Program-made: the position numbers and the translations under genes
Notes under the pieces: generated by a model
What the model saw: only the letters and a program-made list of their open reading frames with translations
What the model was told of the DNA's origin: nothing
Databases searched by the model: none
In this document: one piece after another, positions 25,649 to 38,193 of the stretch
How the letters are laid out: each line of letters opens with the position of its first letter
Numbering within the stretch: position 1 is the stretch's first letter
NCBI GenBank assembly: GCA_015680685.1
Contig: MNCI01000310.1
Coordinates: 62,001-126,000, forward strand
Direction: 5' to 3'
From: Gnetum montanum
Lineage: Eukaryota > Plantae > Gnetophyta
DNA: 64,000 nucleotides

Positions 25649-25770
25649 AAGGAATCGTTACTATGACCAATCTACACCACAAGATTTTGTAAACTTCCCT
25701 AGAGGTATTATGTTTACGTTATGTGAATGTGGGTACAGATTGCTTACAAGGTTACCCGTAAAATACAGAG

Positions 25771-25799
25771 CGGAGGTTCAGGTCCTCCTTCTAGTGCCA
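25771..25799 (-). promoter_or_regulatory. Primer-binding site complementary to the 3' end of tRNA-Asn(GUU)
   Basis: Minus strand TGGCACTAGAAGGAGG starts after a 6-nt spacer following the 5' LTR. The plus strand CGGAGGTTCAGGTCCTCCTTCTAGTGCCA resembles the plant tRNA-Asn 3' end (tRNA sequence recalled, not searched). Confidence 0.8.
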
Positions 25800-25805
25800 G
25801 AAAAC

Positions 25806-27394
25806 TATAACGATGGAAAACATCGGTCGCTGGAAATACCGAGTGAAGATCCATGTACACAATCTTAACCATGGATCCGTGTGAGGACCATGCTAGAGAA
25901 AACGAATCTAAGGTACCCTGAACGGTCTTGTCGATTAGACATGGACTTACTTAATCAATAAATTATCGAATATCACGGTAGTATATATATTTTATGTATA
26001 TATTTCATGAAAATAATTAATTTAGTGAATCGTAGAGGGAGTAGAAAATAATGTAAAGAACTTGAAATAACGATAACGTCAATGCGACAAGGAAGATCAG
26101 ATTTAGAAAAGATGCATAATTCCAAGATCTATGATTTGACTCAAAAGCTGAATATATTGCATACATGTTCTAATGGTAGACTTCGCTTATCTTTGTGCGA
26201 AGCATACATGAAACAATAAGAAAACTATTTAAAAGGGAGAATAGAATGAAGGTTGATCTACCTCGTAAGCCAAAAGTAGAATGCAAGGAAGGTCAAGCCT
26301 GGATGTCTATCGATCAACTTTTTCTGATCAATAAACCTTACCAATCATACCAAATGATCTCTTGATCTCTGATCTGCTCCTTTTACCCTCGATAATCTTT
26401 GCTTAAAGCTACTAATGATCTCTAATGAATAGGATAATGTTTTCGCCAAGAAGACTGATCGCTCCCATTGCCAATGCTCAAACAATGCCTTATGTCCTTC
26501 AAAAGAAGAAAAATCCCCCTTCCCTTCCTCCTCCGCCAACTAGAGTATTTATAAGTTTAGCATCACGTGGGAAGGCACAGCCCTAATGACACATGCCTCA
26601 AACTTTCAAAACACCATTGACTTGATAATTTTTATGTTAAAACTGGTCATGCCGCATTATGTTTTTGGGGGGGCGAAGTACACTGTAAACCACTCCTGTT
26701 GAAACTGCCACATGATTACGTTGTGATACGTTAATAAGCATATTGCTGCGTATGGATAGCAGGTGCATGTCTAGTACTGCCTTAGCTGACTTTACACTGT
26801 ATTACACTTATTTACGCTGCATAGCGTGGTAGAGCGTAATAGAAGATAAAAGTAGTTAACTCAAGCTGCTTTGCACTTATTTATGCTGCAAAGTGTAATG
26901 GAGCGTAAAAATAGTCAACCTCACAATAAGTTACACTTGTTTATGTTGCGTAGCGTAATAAGTGTAAAGCGACCAATCTGTAAAAAGGAAGTCAATCTAC
27001 TACACTCCTTTGGACTCTAACTTTGACTTCCTCAAAGCTCATTACGCTGCTCTGCATAATGGAGCGTAAATTCAGTCCTGAACAAAAGACTTGGTGGAAT
27101 ATGCGAAAATTCATAGTCTGCTGCTTAGGCCTTAAACTTTGTCATATTCGCCAAAGTAAGCTACCTTCCAATATCACGCTACATTAAGCAGAATTATGCA
27201 AAGCAACATGACGCTATGTTACATAATGTGGCATAAAGAGAGAAAACAAAACAAAGTTAGAATTTTTAAGAAACTTGGAGACTTGATGTTGTACGCCTCT
27301 TTGCCTTGTTCTGTCTTCTAGATTTCTGCTGCAAATTGTTGCCCGAATTGCGAATCTTCACCCTAGGTTGATTCACAATTTTCACGGTGTTTCA
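25806..27394 (-). repeat. 5' LTR (1589 bp)
   Basis: Direct repeat of 9645-11235, adjacent to the PBS. Confidence 0.95.
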
Positions 27395-30300
27395 CTCTCA
27401 AGGAGGGCACTCTTTGAAAAAATTCTCTCAATAAAGGTGCTCTAGAGAGAATGCTCCTAGAGAGGGCCCTCTCAAAGAGAACACTCTTAGGAAGGCCACT
27501 CTAATAGATGGTGCTCTTAAGGAGAATGCTCTCCAGGAGGGTGATCTTATGTAGAACACTCTTAAGAAGGATGCTCTCAAGCAGGGTGTCCCTAGTGAGA
27601 CCGATCTTAAGGAGGGCATTCTAATGGAGGTAGCTCTCCAAAAGAATAATCTCAACAAGGGCACTCTCAAGGAAAACACTCTCACTTGCATAACGCAAAG
27701 TGCTCTCAGGGAGAATGCTCTAAGGAAGGTCACTCTAAGGGAGAGCGTTGTCCATGAGGATGTCCTTCGAGAGGGATCTCTCAATGAGGGTGTTCTCTAG
27801 GAGAACACTCTCATGTGTGTAGCACAAGGCACTCTTGCGGAAGGTGCTCTTAAGAAGAACAATCACTGAAAGGATACTCTAATGGAGGAGGCTCTCAAAG
27901 AGAATGCTCTCAGGGAGGGCACTCTCACAGGGAACACTTTCAAGAGAATGCTCTCAACAAGGGTGCTCTCAAAGAGAACACTATCACATGCGTAATGTAA
28001 GGTGATTTTAGGGAGAATGCTCTAAGGAAGGTCACTCTAAGGGAGAGCTCTCTCTTGGAGGGCATCTTCTGAGAGGGAGCTCTGAATGAGGGTTCTCTCA
28101 AGGAGAAAACTCTCACATGTGTAGTGTAAGCCACTCTCAAGGAAGGTTCTCTCTAGAAGAATTCTCTTCGAAATGCTACTTTAATGAAGGATGCTCTCAT
28201 GAAGGGCACTCTCACATAGAATTTTCTTAAAGAGGACACTCCTGAGAAGGGCATCCTCAAGGAGATCACTCTCAGGGAGGGCATTCTCAGGAAGGCCACT
28301 CTTAGGAAGGGTGGTCTCTAAAAGAACACTCTCAATGAGGACACTCTTGATGTGAACACTCTCATGTGCATAACACAAGGTGCTCTCATGAAAAACACTC
28401 TCATGGAGGATGCTCTCAAGGAGAATGCTCTCATAGAGGCCTCTCTAATGAAGGCTACTCTCAAGGAGAACACTCTTGGAGAGGGTGCTCTCAAGGAGGG
28501 CACTCTTCAACAAAATTCTCTCAATGAGGGTGCTTAAGGGAGAATGCTCCTAGCAAGGGCCCTCTTAAGAAAACACTCTTCAGAAGGATGCTCTAATTAA
28601 GGGCACTCTCATGGATAATGCTCTTGGGGAGGGCAATCTCACATAAAATAATCTTAACAAGGATGCTCTTAAGGAGAACACTCGCAAGGAGGGCATCCTC
28701 AGGGAGATGCATCTTAGGGAGAGCATTCTCAAGGAAGGAACTCTTAGGAAGGATTCCCTCCTATACAACACTTTCAATTAGAATGATATAAAGGAGAACA
28801 TTCACATGAGGGTGCAAGGTGCTTTCATGGAGGGAACTCTCAAGGAGAATGCTCTCATGGATGCATATCTAACATAGAAAGCTCTCAAGGAGAGCACTCT
28901 CAAGGAGGGCACTCTCATGGAGAATGCTCTTAAGGAGGATGCTATTGAGGTTGGTTTCCTTAGGTAGACAGCTCTTAGGAAGGGCATTCTCAAAGAGGGC
29001 ACTCTTAGGAAAGGCACTCTCCAAAAGAACGTTCTCAATGGGGGTTCTTTTGAGGTGAACACTCTCACATGTGTAATGAAAGGTGCTCTCATCGATAACT
29101 CTCTCATGGAGGGTGCTCTTAAGGAGAATGCTCCCATGGAGGCTTTTCTAAAGGAGGCTACTCTCAGGAAGAATGCTTTTAGGAAGGGTGCTCTAAAGGA
29201 GGGCACTCTTTGATAGAATGATCTCAATGAGGGTGCTCTATGGAGAATGCTCCTAGTAAGGGCCCTCTCAAGAGAACGCTCTTCAAAAGGCCACTCTAAT
29301 GGAGGTCACTCTTAAGGAGAATGCTCTTGGGGAGGCCATCCCCAATGAGACCATTCTAAAGGAGGGCATTTTAATGGAGCAAGCTCTCCAAGAGAACACT
29401 CTCAACAAGGGCGTTCTCGAGTAGAACACTCTCATGTGCATAATGCAAGGTGCTCTCAAGAAAAATGCTCTATGGGAGGTTGCTTTGAGGGAGAGCAATC
29501 TCTTGGAGGGCACCCTCTGAGGGAGAGCACTCTCTTGGAGGGTATCCTCTGAGAGGTAGCTCTCAAGAAGAACACTCTCATGTGCATAGTGAAAGGCACT
29601 CTTAGGAAAGCCACTCTCAAGGAGAATGCTCTCAAAAAGGAGGCTCTAATGGAGGGCACTCTTAGGGAGGGCACTATCATGGAGAAAATTCTTAAGGTGG
29701 ATGCTATTAAGGAGGGCATCCTATGGAAGAATACGCTTAAGGAGGGAATTCTCAAGGAGGGCACTATAAGGAAGGGCACCCTCCAAAAGACTGCTCTCAA
29801 TGAGGGCACTCTCAAGGTGAACACTCTCATGTGCGTAATGCAAGATGCTCTCATGGACAATTCTCTCATGGAGTTTTCTCTCAAGGAGAACACTCTCGTG
29901 GAGGTCACCCTTAGGGAGAATGCTCTCAAGGAGGCTACTCTCATGGAGGGCACTCTTAGACAAAATGCTCTCAACGAGGGTCCTTTAGGGAGAACACTAC
30001 TAGCAAAGGCCCTCTCAAAGAGAATAATAGTCTTTGGAAGGATGCTCTAATAGAGGGTGCTCTCAAGGATAATTCTCTTAGGGATGGTGATCTCATGTAG
30101 AATAGTCTTTAGGAGGATGCTCTCAATGAGGGCATCACCAACAAGACTGATCTCAAAGAGGGAGTTCGAACAGAGGTAGCTCTACAAGAGAACAATCTCA
30201 ACAAGGATGCTCTTGAGGAGAACACTCTCACATGCATAATAGAACATGATCTTACAGAGAACACTCTAAGGAAGGTTGCTCTAAGGAAGAGCACTCTCTG

Positions 30301-32955
30301 GGAGGGCATCCTCCAAGAGGGAGCTCTCAATAAGGGTGTTCTCAAGGATAATATTCTCACATGCATAGCACAAGGTGCTCTTAGGGAAGATGCTTTCAAG
30401 GATAATGCTCTCTGATATGTCACTCTAATAGAGGAAGCTCTTAAGGAGAGCACTCTTATGGAGGGTGATCTCACAAAGAACATTATTAAGAAGGATGCTC
30501 TCGACGAGGGCTTCCTCAGGGAGACCACACTCAAGGAGGACACTCTTAAGAAAGGCACTCTTGAAAAGAATTCTCTTAATGAGGATGATCTCAAGGTCAA
30601 CACTATCATATTCATAATGCAAGGTTCTCTCATGGATAACACTCTCATGAATTCTACTCTCAAGGAGAATTCTCTTGCAGAGGCCGCTCTAATGGAGGAT
30701 GCTCTAAGGGAGAACACTCTTGGGGAGGGTGCTCTGAAGGAGGGTACTCTTCAACAAAATTCTCTCAAAAAGGATGCTCCATGGAGAACACTCCTAGTGA
30801 GGGAAATCTCAAAGAGAATGCTCTTTTGAAGGCCACTCTAATGAAGGGCACTCTCAAGAAGAATGCTCTTATAGAGGGACATCTCATAAAGAACACTCTC
30901 AAGGAGGGACTCCCTACGAAGACTGCTCTCAAGGAGGATGTTCTAATGTAGAATTCTCTCAAAGAGAATGATCTCAACAAGGGTGCTCTAAAGGAGAACA
31001 CTCTCACATATGTAATGCAAGGTGCCCTCAAGGAGTACACTCTAAGGAAGGTCACTCTAAGGAGGGCATTCTTAAGGAGGGCATTCTTAAGGAGGGAAGT
31101 CTTAAGAAGGATGCTCTTCTATAGAATGCTCTCAAAGAGGATGCTCTCAAGGAGAACACTCATATGAGGGCATCCTCCTCAAGGAGAACACTCTTTAGGA
31201 GGGCATCCCCAATGAGATCGATCTTATGGAGAGCATTGTAATGGAGAATAATCTTCAAGAGAATTCTCTCAACAAGTGCACTCTTGAGGAGAACACTCAT
31301 GTGCGTAACGTAAGGTGCTCTTAGGGAGAATGATCTGAGGGAGGTTAATATAAGGGAGGTTGCTCTCTGAGATAGTGCCTTCTGAGAGGGAGCTCTCAAC
31401 GAGGGTGCTCTCAAGGATAACAGTCTCACGTGCATAGTGCAAGGCACTCTTAGTGAAGGCTCTCTCAAGGAGAACACTCTTAGAAAGGTAACTCTAACAA
31501 AGGGTTCTCTCACGGAGGGTGCTCTCATAGAGAACATTCTTAAGGAGGATGCTCTTGAAGAGGGTTTCCTTAGGGAGACTGCTCTTAGGGAAGACGTTCT
31601 CCAGGAGGGCACTCTTAGGAAGTGCTATGTCTAAAACAATTCTCTCAATGAGGGTACTCTCAAGATGAACACTCTCATGTGTATAACACAAAGTGTAGTC
31701 AAGGAGAACACTCTGAGGAAGGTCACTCTAAGGGAGAGTGCACTCTAGGAGGAAATCCTCTAAGATGGAGCTCTCAACGAGGGTGCTCTTGATGAGAACA
31801 CTCTCACGTGTGTAGCACAAGGCACTCTTGGTGAAGGTAATCTCAAGGAGAACAATTTTCAAAAGGTTGATCTAATGGAGGAGGCTTTGAAGGAAAATGC
31901 TCTTAGGGAGGGTGCTCTCAGGGAGAATGCTTTGAGGGAGGTCGCTCTAAGGGAGAGCACTATTTGGAAGGGCACCCTCTGAGAGGGAGCTCTCAAGGAG
32001 GGTTTTTTGAAGAAGAACACTCTCACATGCATAGAGCAAGGTGCTCTCAAGTAAGGCACTCTAAAGGATAATGCTCTCCAAAAGGATGCTCTAATGGAGG
32101 GCACTCTCAAGGAGGGCGCTATCACAGAGAATGTTCTTAAGGTGGATGCTATTGAGGAGGGTGTCCTCAGGAAGACCACTCTCAAGGAGGGCATTCCTAG
32201 GGAGGGCACTCTTTAAAAGAATGATCTCAATGATGGAACTCTCAAGGTGAACACTCTCATGTGCATAACTCAAGGTGCTCTCATGGACAACACTCTTATG
32301 AAGGAGAACACTCTCACATGCATAGCGCAAGGTGCTCGCCGAGAAGATGCTCTGAACAACATGCTCTGAGATGTCACTCTAATGGAGGAAGCTCTCAAAG
32401 AGAATGCTCTCAGGGATGGTGATCTCATAGAGAATTTTCTTAAGGAGGACACCCTCAACAAGGGCTTCCTTAGGAAGACCGCACTTAAGGAGGGAATTCT
32501 CAAGGAGGGCACTCTTTGGAAGGGTGCTCTCCAAAAGAATGCTCTTAATGAGGGTGCTCTCGAGGTGAACACTCTCATGTGGGTAATGCAAGGTGCTCTC
32601 ATGGATAATGCTCTGATGAAGGCCACTCTCAAGGATAACGCTCTAGCAGAGGCTACTCTAATAGAGGATGCTCTTAGGGAGAACACTATTGGGGAGGGTT
32701 CTCTCAAGGAGGGCACTCTTCAAAAAAATGCTCTCAACAAGGGCACTCTAGGGAGAATGCTCCTTGTGAGGATTCTCTTAAAAATAATGCTCTTTGAAAG
32801 GCCACTTTAATGGAGGGCGCTCTCAAGAAGAATGCTCTCATAGAGGGACATTTCATAGAAAACACTCTCAAGAAGGACACTCTCAAGGAGGGCATTCTAA
32901 TGTAGGATGCTCTCAAAGAGAACACTCTCAACAAGGGTGCTTTCAAGAAGAATGT
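27395..32955. repeat. 15-bp satellite, right block (continuation after the retroelement)
   Basis: Same monomers and higher-order motifs as 1-9644, resuming exactly at the TSD. Confidence 0.95.
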
Positions 32956-34436
32956 TGTGACCGAAAAAATTAGTGGATGAAAAACATCGAGAGGTCATCG
33001 GACACAACAATCTTAACCCCAAATCCATGGGAGGGCCATGCTAGACAAAATAGAGATGGAATGCCCTGAACGATCTGGTCGATCAGAGAGGAACTTAGTC
33101 GGCATTAATATAGCCTTTTGTAAAGGGGTAAATTGAAAAGGACACTTTTAACATAAAATGAAAATTTTATGTAAAAGGGACATAAAATAATGTAAAATGC
33201 GATGACAAGTAGAAAAGAAAAATAAAATGCAATTAGAAAAATGCACCTCTTCAAGATTTTGTCTCCACTCTATCAAGGTGGATACAATTGGTTACATGAT
33301 GCTAAGGGGCGCAGAGATCCCAAAGGTAACCAAGACGTATAGAGCAAGATAGTTGTACACTTGAATGCAAACTTGGGGGGTCAACAATGCCAAATGCTAT
33401 GAGGATAGCAAGAAAGAGTAGAAAAAGATGCCAAGTGAGAGTGCCAATTGTTTACAATGCTAAACAAGACATTTACAATGCTCAAGAGTACAATGATAAG
33501 TTTTTTCTTGCTAGCCAGCCAATTCACTAACCAGTTGACTGACTTATCAAAAGCCCAATCCTTTGAGCATCACTCATTAGGGTATTTATAGAGCCAAGGG
33601 CATGTGAAAGATGTAGTTTGGATGCCACATAACTTGGGCTTGCGTTGACTTGTATATGCTGCATGGGCGTGCATGGCTGTTGGATGCGTATGTCTGTTGG
33701 ACGAGCTTGCCATGCTGTAATTGCAAAATAGCCACACTATAATTGTTCCATCATAGCTTGAAGATGTGTTCCAATGGTGAAATTAGGTGAAGTGCATTAA
33801 TGTGGCATAATTTTCTGCTATGTTACATCGTGCTTTGTGATGTAGTATGCGGGCGTAACATAGCAACCTGTTACACCATGCTACGCTATGCTGCGTAGCA
33901 TAGCATAGCCACTAGTTTGAAGAAAAAACTTGTGCTATATCTTGCTACATGTGCTGGAAATATTTGAAGCACGTTGACTATTTATTCCACTGTGAATCTT
34001 GTGAAATTGCTGATCCTTCCCTTTGAGATATCTTTCGTTATCCTCATAAAGTTGCTACACTATGATATGCTACGTAGCATAGTGTAGTGTAGCAACCAGC
34101 ATGACCTACATTTTTGCTAAGTTTGCTAATTTATGGTGAAGGAGCCATTGTTGAAGAACATGTAGTTGAGCGAAGAAACTATTTTGAAGGCTAGAGGTGC
34201 TAACTTAGTGCAATTGAAAATCACCAAGTAAGCTGAGCCTTCTTGTCTTGCTCTCGCTACGCTATGCTACACTGTGTAGCATGGCATAGTGTAGCATCTT
34301 TTCTTGCAATAATTTATGGTTGACTATTTGAAAAACTATCTCCCAAAGCCTACTACACTATATAGCATGGCATAGCGTAGCAAACTCCTTGACTTAGAAA
34401 ACCTACCAAACTATTTTGTGCATTTTCAGCACCACC
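32956..34436 (-). mobile_element. LTR of a related Tat-like family, terminating the satellite
   Basis: Starts TGTGAC. Shares ACAATCTTAACC, GAGGGCCATG, GCCCTGAAC, GTCGAT(C/T)AGA and GTATTTATA blocks with the 9645 LTR in the same orientation. Right end unclear; no matching TSD. Confidence 0.75.
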
Positions 34437-35080
34437 TGAAACACCGTGAAATTCCAACTTGTCAATTTCTTCTATGTAGACACTTATTATCTAGTTTTTC
34501 AATTTTATGTATATGTTTAATTCAATTTCAATATCTATATTCAACCACTAGGTGCCTTCTTGTTGAGTGGCTACCACACATAAGCATTTTTACACACACA
34601 TCTCTTTAATACATTGATTGCATGTTGTATTATATTCCTATTTGATTGTGCATATTTTTTGTATGAAACTACATCCATTATCATTATAATTCAAAATTCA
34701 TCTTCCTTGAAGATTTCTAAGGACAAGTCTCTAATACCAAGCTTAGAATCTATAGTGTTAAGCCAAGCTCTTTCCATTATGATAGGGAACTCACCCTTAC
34801 TTTTACCTACATGAATGACTAGAAAATCAACTAGGTAGGACCAACCATTGATGGTAGTGATTACATTATCCACTTGTCCTAGTGGAATTGTGATCAACTA
34901 ATTTGCAAGTTTTAGCCATATGTTACTTTTCTTTAATGGTGGTAGATTATAGGCTTGATACATATCTTGCAATATCAAGTTCACCCCTGACCCATAATCG
35001 AGTAGAGCCTTGCATGGTTTCTAACTTGATAGTTGAAGGTATACCAAGGGAGTTCCCAAATCTATTCATTTTTGAGGAAG

Positions 35081-35407
35081 TGCTCATTCCTTGATCCAAT
35101 GGATAATAGTCTTTGTTAACATGATAGTTGTTACATTTGCATTAGATGATGATGGAAGCTTATTATTTCTCAGAGGATTGGATGTGGATGGAGCAAAAGT
35201 AGATGTGCTCCTCATTCTTCAAACCTTTTCTAGACTCATTTGAACTGCTCCTTCCTTGATCCAATGAGTAATGGTCTTTGTTAACATTACAGTTGTCACA
35301 TTTGCATTAGATGATGATGGAAGCTTATTATTTCTTAGAGGATTGGATGTGGATGGAGCAGAAGTAGATGTGCTAATTCTTCAAACCTTTTCTAGACTCA
35401 TTTGAAA
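35081..35407. repeat. 165-bp tandem duplication
   Basis: tgctc(a/c)ttccttgatccaatg...ctagactcatttgaa occurs at 35081 and 35246. Confidence 0.9.
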
Positions 35408-37698
35408 GAATGGTCATTTCCTATATTATTATTCATGCATGATTTCTTCCACATGCACGTTGACTACCCTAGTTGCATTCTTTTGTTGGGGCTATGATGG
35501 TAGTTCTTCCTACATTACAGGTGGTGGTATAGGTGGTAAAGGGTTAGGAGGTTGACTCAATAGTCTAGTTGCTTGCTAATGCATGTAGGGATAGGGATAC
35601 ATCCTTCGAGATGTTAACTTGGTATTCTCATGGATAGTATTAAGGAGTGTAAACTGCTACATTTCTTGGAGAAATTGGATGTTGGACATGGTATCCATAA
35701 AGGTTTGGTTTCCGATATGGCTACTGTTGTTGTGGTGGTGGCATCACCCATGATTGTGGTTGTTGCCACTATTGATGGTACTACTCCTATGGTTGTGGAT
35801 AAGCTTCACTGGGGTAATAGATTGGCTAGAAGGTGTTCTAGTAGTCATCTTAAGGGTAAGGTAACCATTTGGGCATCTTCCTCTTGATGAATCTTGGATT
35901 GAGTGGATATGCCCCTATTTCTTGCAAATGTGCTATGACAAGGTAGCACCTCTTAGGATGGTCATACTAGCACATAGTACATTATTCCTCCTCGTCTAAG
36001 CTTATATCCAAACATTCTACTATTGAAGCCACTTTTCCCTTTCATCTAAAGTCTCTTTTCTTCTTTTTCTCCTTGCATTTATTAAAGGCTTACTTAGTTT
36101 TTTCTTCCATAATTTTCAAAGCTATTGCAAATTTTTTGTCATTGCTATATTCATAATAGATTTTTGAATAGGAAGTATCTTTTTTTGTATCACCTTTTCC
36201 AAGGTTTCTTCCTCTTTCTAATCACACACTCGTACATCTCTCTTCCTAATAGATATATCTCTAGTATATTCTTTGATTGATTCTCTCTTCTTTAGTTTAT
36301 CTTCTTCCTTTGCTATTTGATCAATGAGTCCCTGAATATGATGGGTGGTCATTTCAAATAGTCTACCCTAGGCATACACCCCAAGGGTTTCCTTGGTTTT
36401 ATTCCATGGCCCATCAATAATGTGCCTATGCTACTTCCTTTGGAAAAATCCATGACCTTGGCACCTATGCAAAAGTGAATAGTATCTACACATCAGTGCA
36501 TCAAGGAACTCATGGGTCACTTACTTCTAGCTCTAGATCTACTTCCTTAAGTTTGACACTTGAGAGTATGTTTAATAGTCATTATTGAAAAGTTCAAGAA
36601 TGGTACTCCATCTTCTGGTTGATTCAAGTTCCAACAATCTATACCAACTTTTTTCCTCTTTAATGAATGTCTAAGGAAACAACTTAAGTTTCTACCAGTC
36701 ACTCTCTGTATTTTGTAGGACATAGGCATCATGGGATGCTTGAAGATCTTGTTGCAGATCTACATTGTATCCACCTTCAAATCTTAGCATGTTGTTCATG
36801 TCTAGCTGCTTAATGAAACTGTCCTTGACATGCCTGGTTGGAATGTAGACAATTTTCCTTATGTTTATCATGCTATGAGTAGCCATCCGGGATTCTTCAT
36901 GATCATAGGATTCATATGCTCTATTATAGTGATGCACCCTTTGGTACTCATACCTTTTTCTCTTTGCACATCTATCCCTATTTCCTCATGGTTTACATTC
37001 TTTATCTTTGTCATCAAAATATCATGGGCTACTACAACAATAGCATGGGTTTAACATTCTAGGTGCTACTAGATGCTACATTGGCAAGGGTAGAGGTGAT
37101 GGTGTTAGTTGGGTTTTGGTAAAAGACAACTTATTAATGGGTCTACACAACCTAGGCAAGAGATGAAAGGCATAGTAGTGGACCCAAGGTAGTTGTAGTG
37201 GCCAAGGCTGGGGTAGGGCATGGCATAGCACTAGCTATGTGGTCTCAAACAGGTTAGGGGTAGCACAGGCCCTTGTAGGACCTCACCCCACCTATAGCCC
37301 CCTTATTTATTTATTTATTTTTCTAAATAAATACCAATAATCTATTATCTTATTGAATATGTTTTCATATTAAATTAGCAAGTAAATCAAACTGCAATTT
37401 TTGGAGACTACATTATTGTTTAATCTTCAAACACAAACTAGAATAATAATGAAACAAACATTTTGATACAAAATGGTAGTCCTATATATTCATAACTAAG
37501 CCAAACACTTCCTATAACTTTCCATGTTATAAAACTTGCTTTTTAGTAGCGGGGGGTAGGGTACTATGTTAGCACAAGGCCAAACCTTTTCTGCCTTGAA
37601 AATTTATCATCCAAAAAAACTCTTGTTGGATGCATACATTATGTTGGCATTGTCATTTTCGAATAGTCAGCTACACCAAAATTATTTTTGTAAATTTC

Positions 37699-38193
37699 AT
37701 TTCCTGGTTAATAATTTAAATCTATGTGATTTCCCTACATGATTGAAACTAAATCAAGTTAACATTAAGTTGTAATAAAATTAATTTATTGTAAAAGTGA
37801 AACTAAAATTTATTATTGTAATTAAAATATTACCTCTAGAAAAGTTATTTGTGCAAAATCAAACTTTTCTAAGTGTTGTTCAAAGATCAAGAATCCTTCT
37901 TTCCTTACCATCTTTCCAAATAGACAACTACACTAAAATTACTTTTGTCTATTGCATTTCTTGGTTAATAATTTAAATCCATATGCTTTCCTTGCATGAT
38001 TAAAACTAAATCAGGTTAACATTATTGTTGTAATAATATCATAATAAAAAATAATTTATTATAAAAGTGAAACTAAAATTTATTATTGTAATTAAAATAT
38101 TACCCCTACAAAATTTATTTGTGCAAAATCAAACCTTCCTAAGTATTGTTCAAAGATTAAGAATCCTTCTTTTCTTAGTATCTTTCCAAATAG
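37699..38193. repeat. ~256-bp tandem duplication
   Basis: catttc(c/t)tggttaataatttaaatc...tctttccaaataga occurs at ~37699 and ~37955. Confidence 0.85.

Larger units (their letters stand above)
9645..27394 (-). mobile_element. Full-length (17.75 kb), decayed Ty3/gypsy LTR retrotransposon, Tat/Ogre-like (aRH-containing)
   Basis: Direct repeats at 9645-11235 and 25806-27394. 5-bp TSD CTCTC at 9640-9644 and 27395-27399. The rejoined flanks restore a satellite unit like 3581-3630. PBS, PPT and gag/PROT/RT/RH/aRH/INT remnants all lie on the minus strand. Confidence 0.96.

Noticed and set aside
25771-25799. tRNA gene
   Set aside because: Only the T-arm, acceptor 3' strand and encoded CCA are present next to an LTR, so it is a PBS.
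27395-32955. CRISPR-like array
   Set aside because: No constant repeat with unique spacers, no cas genes, and a eukaryotic context.
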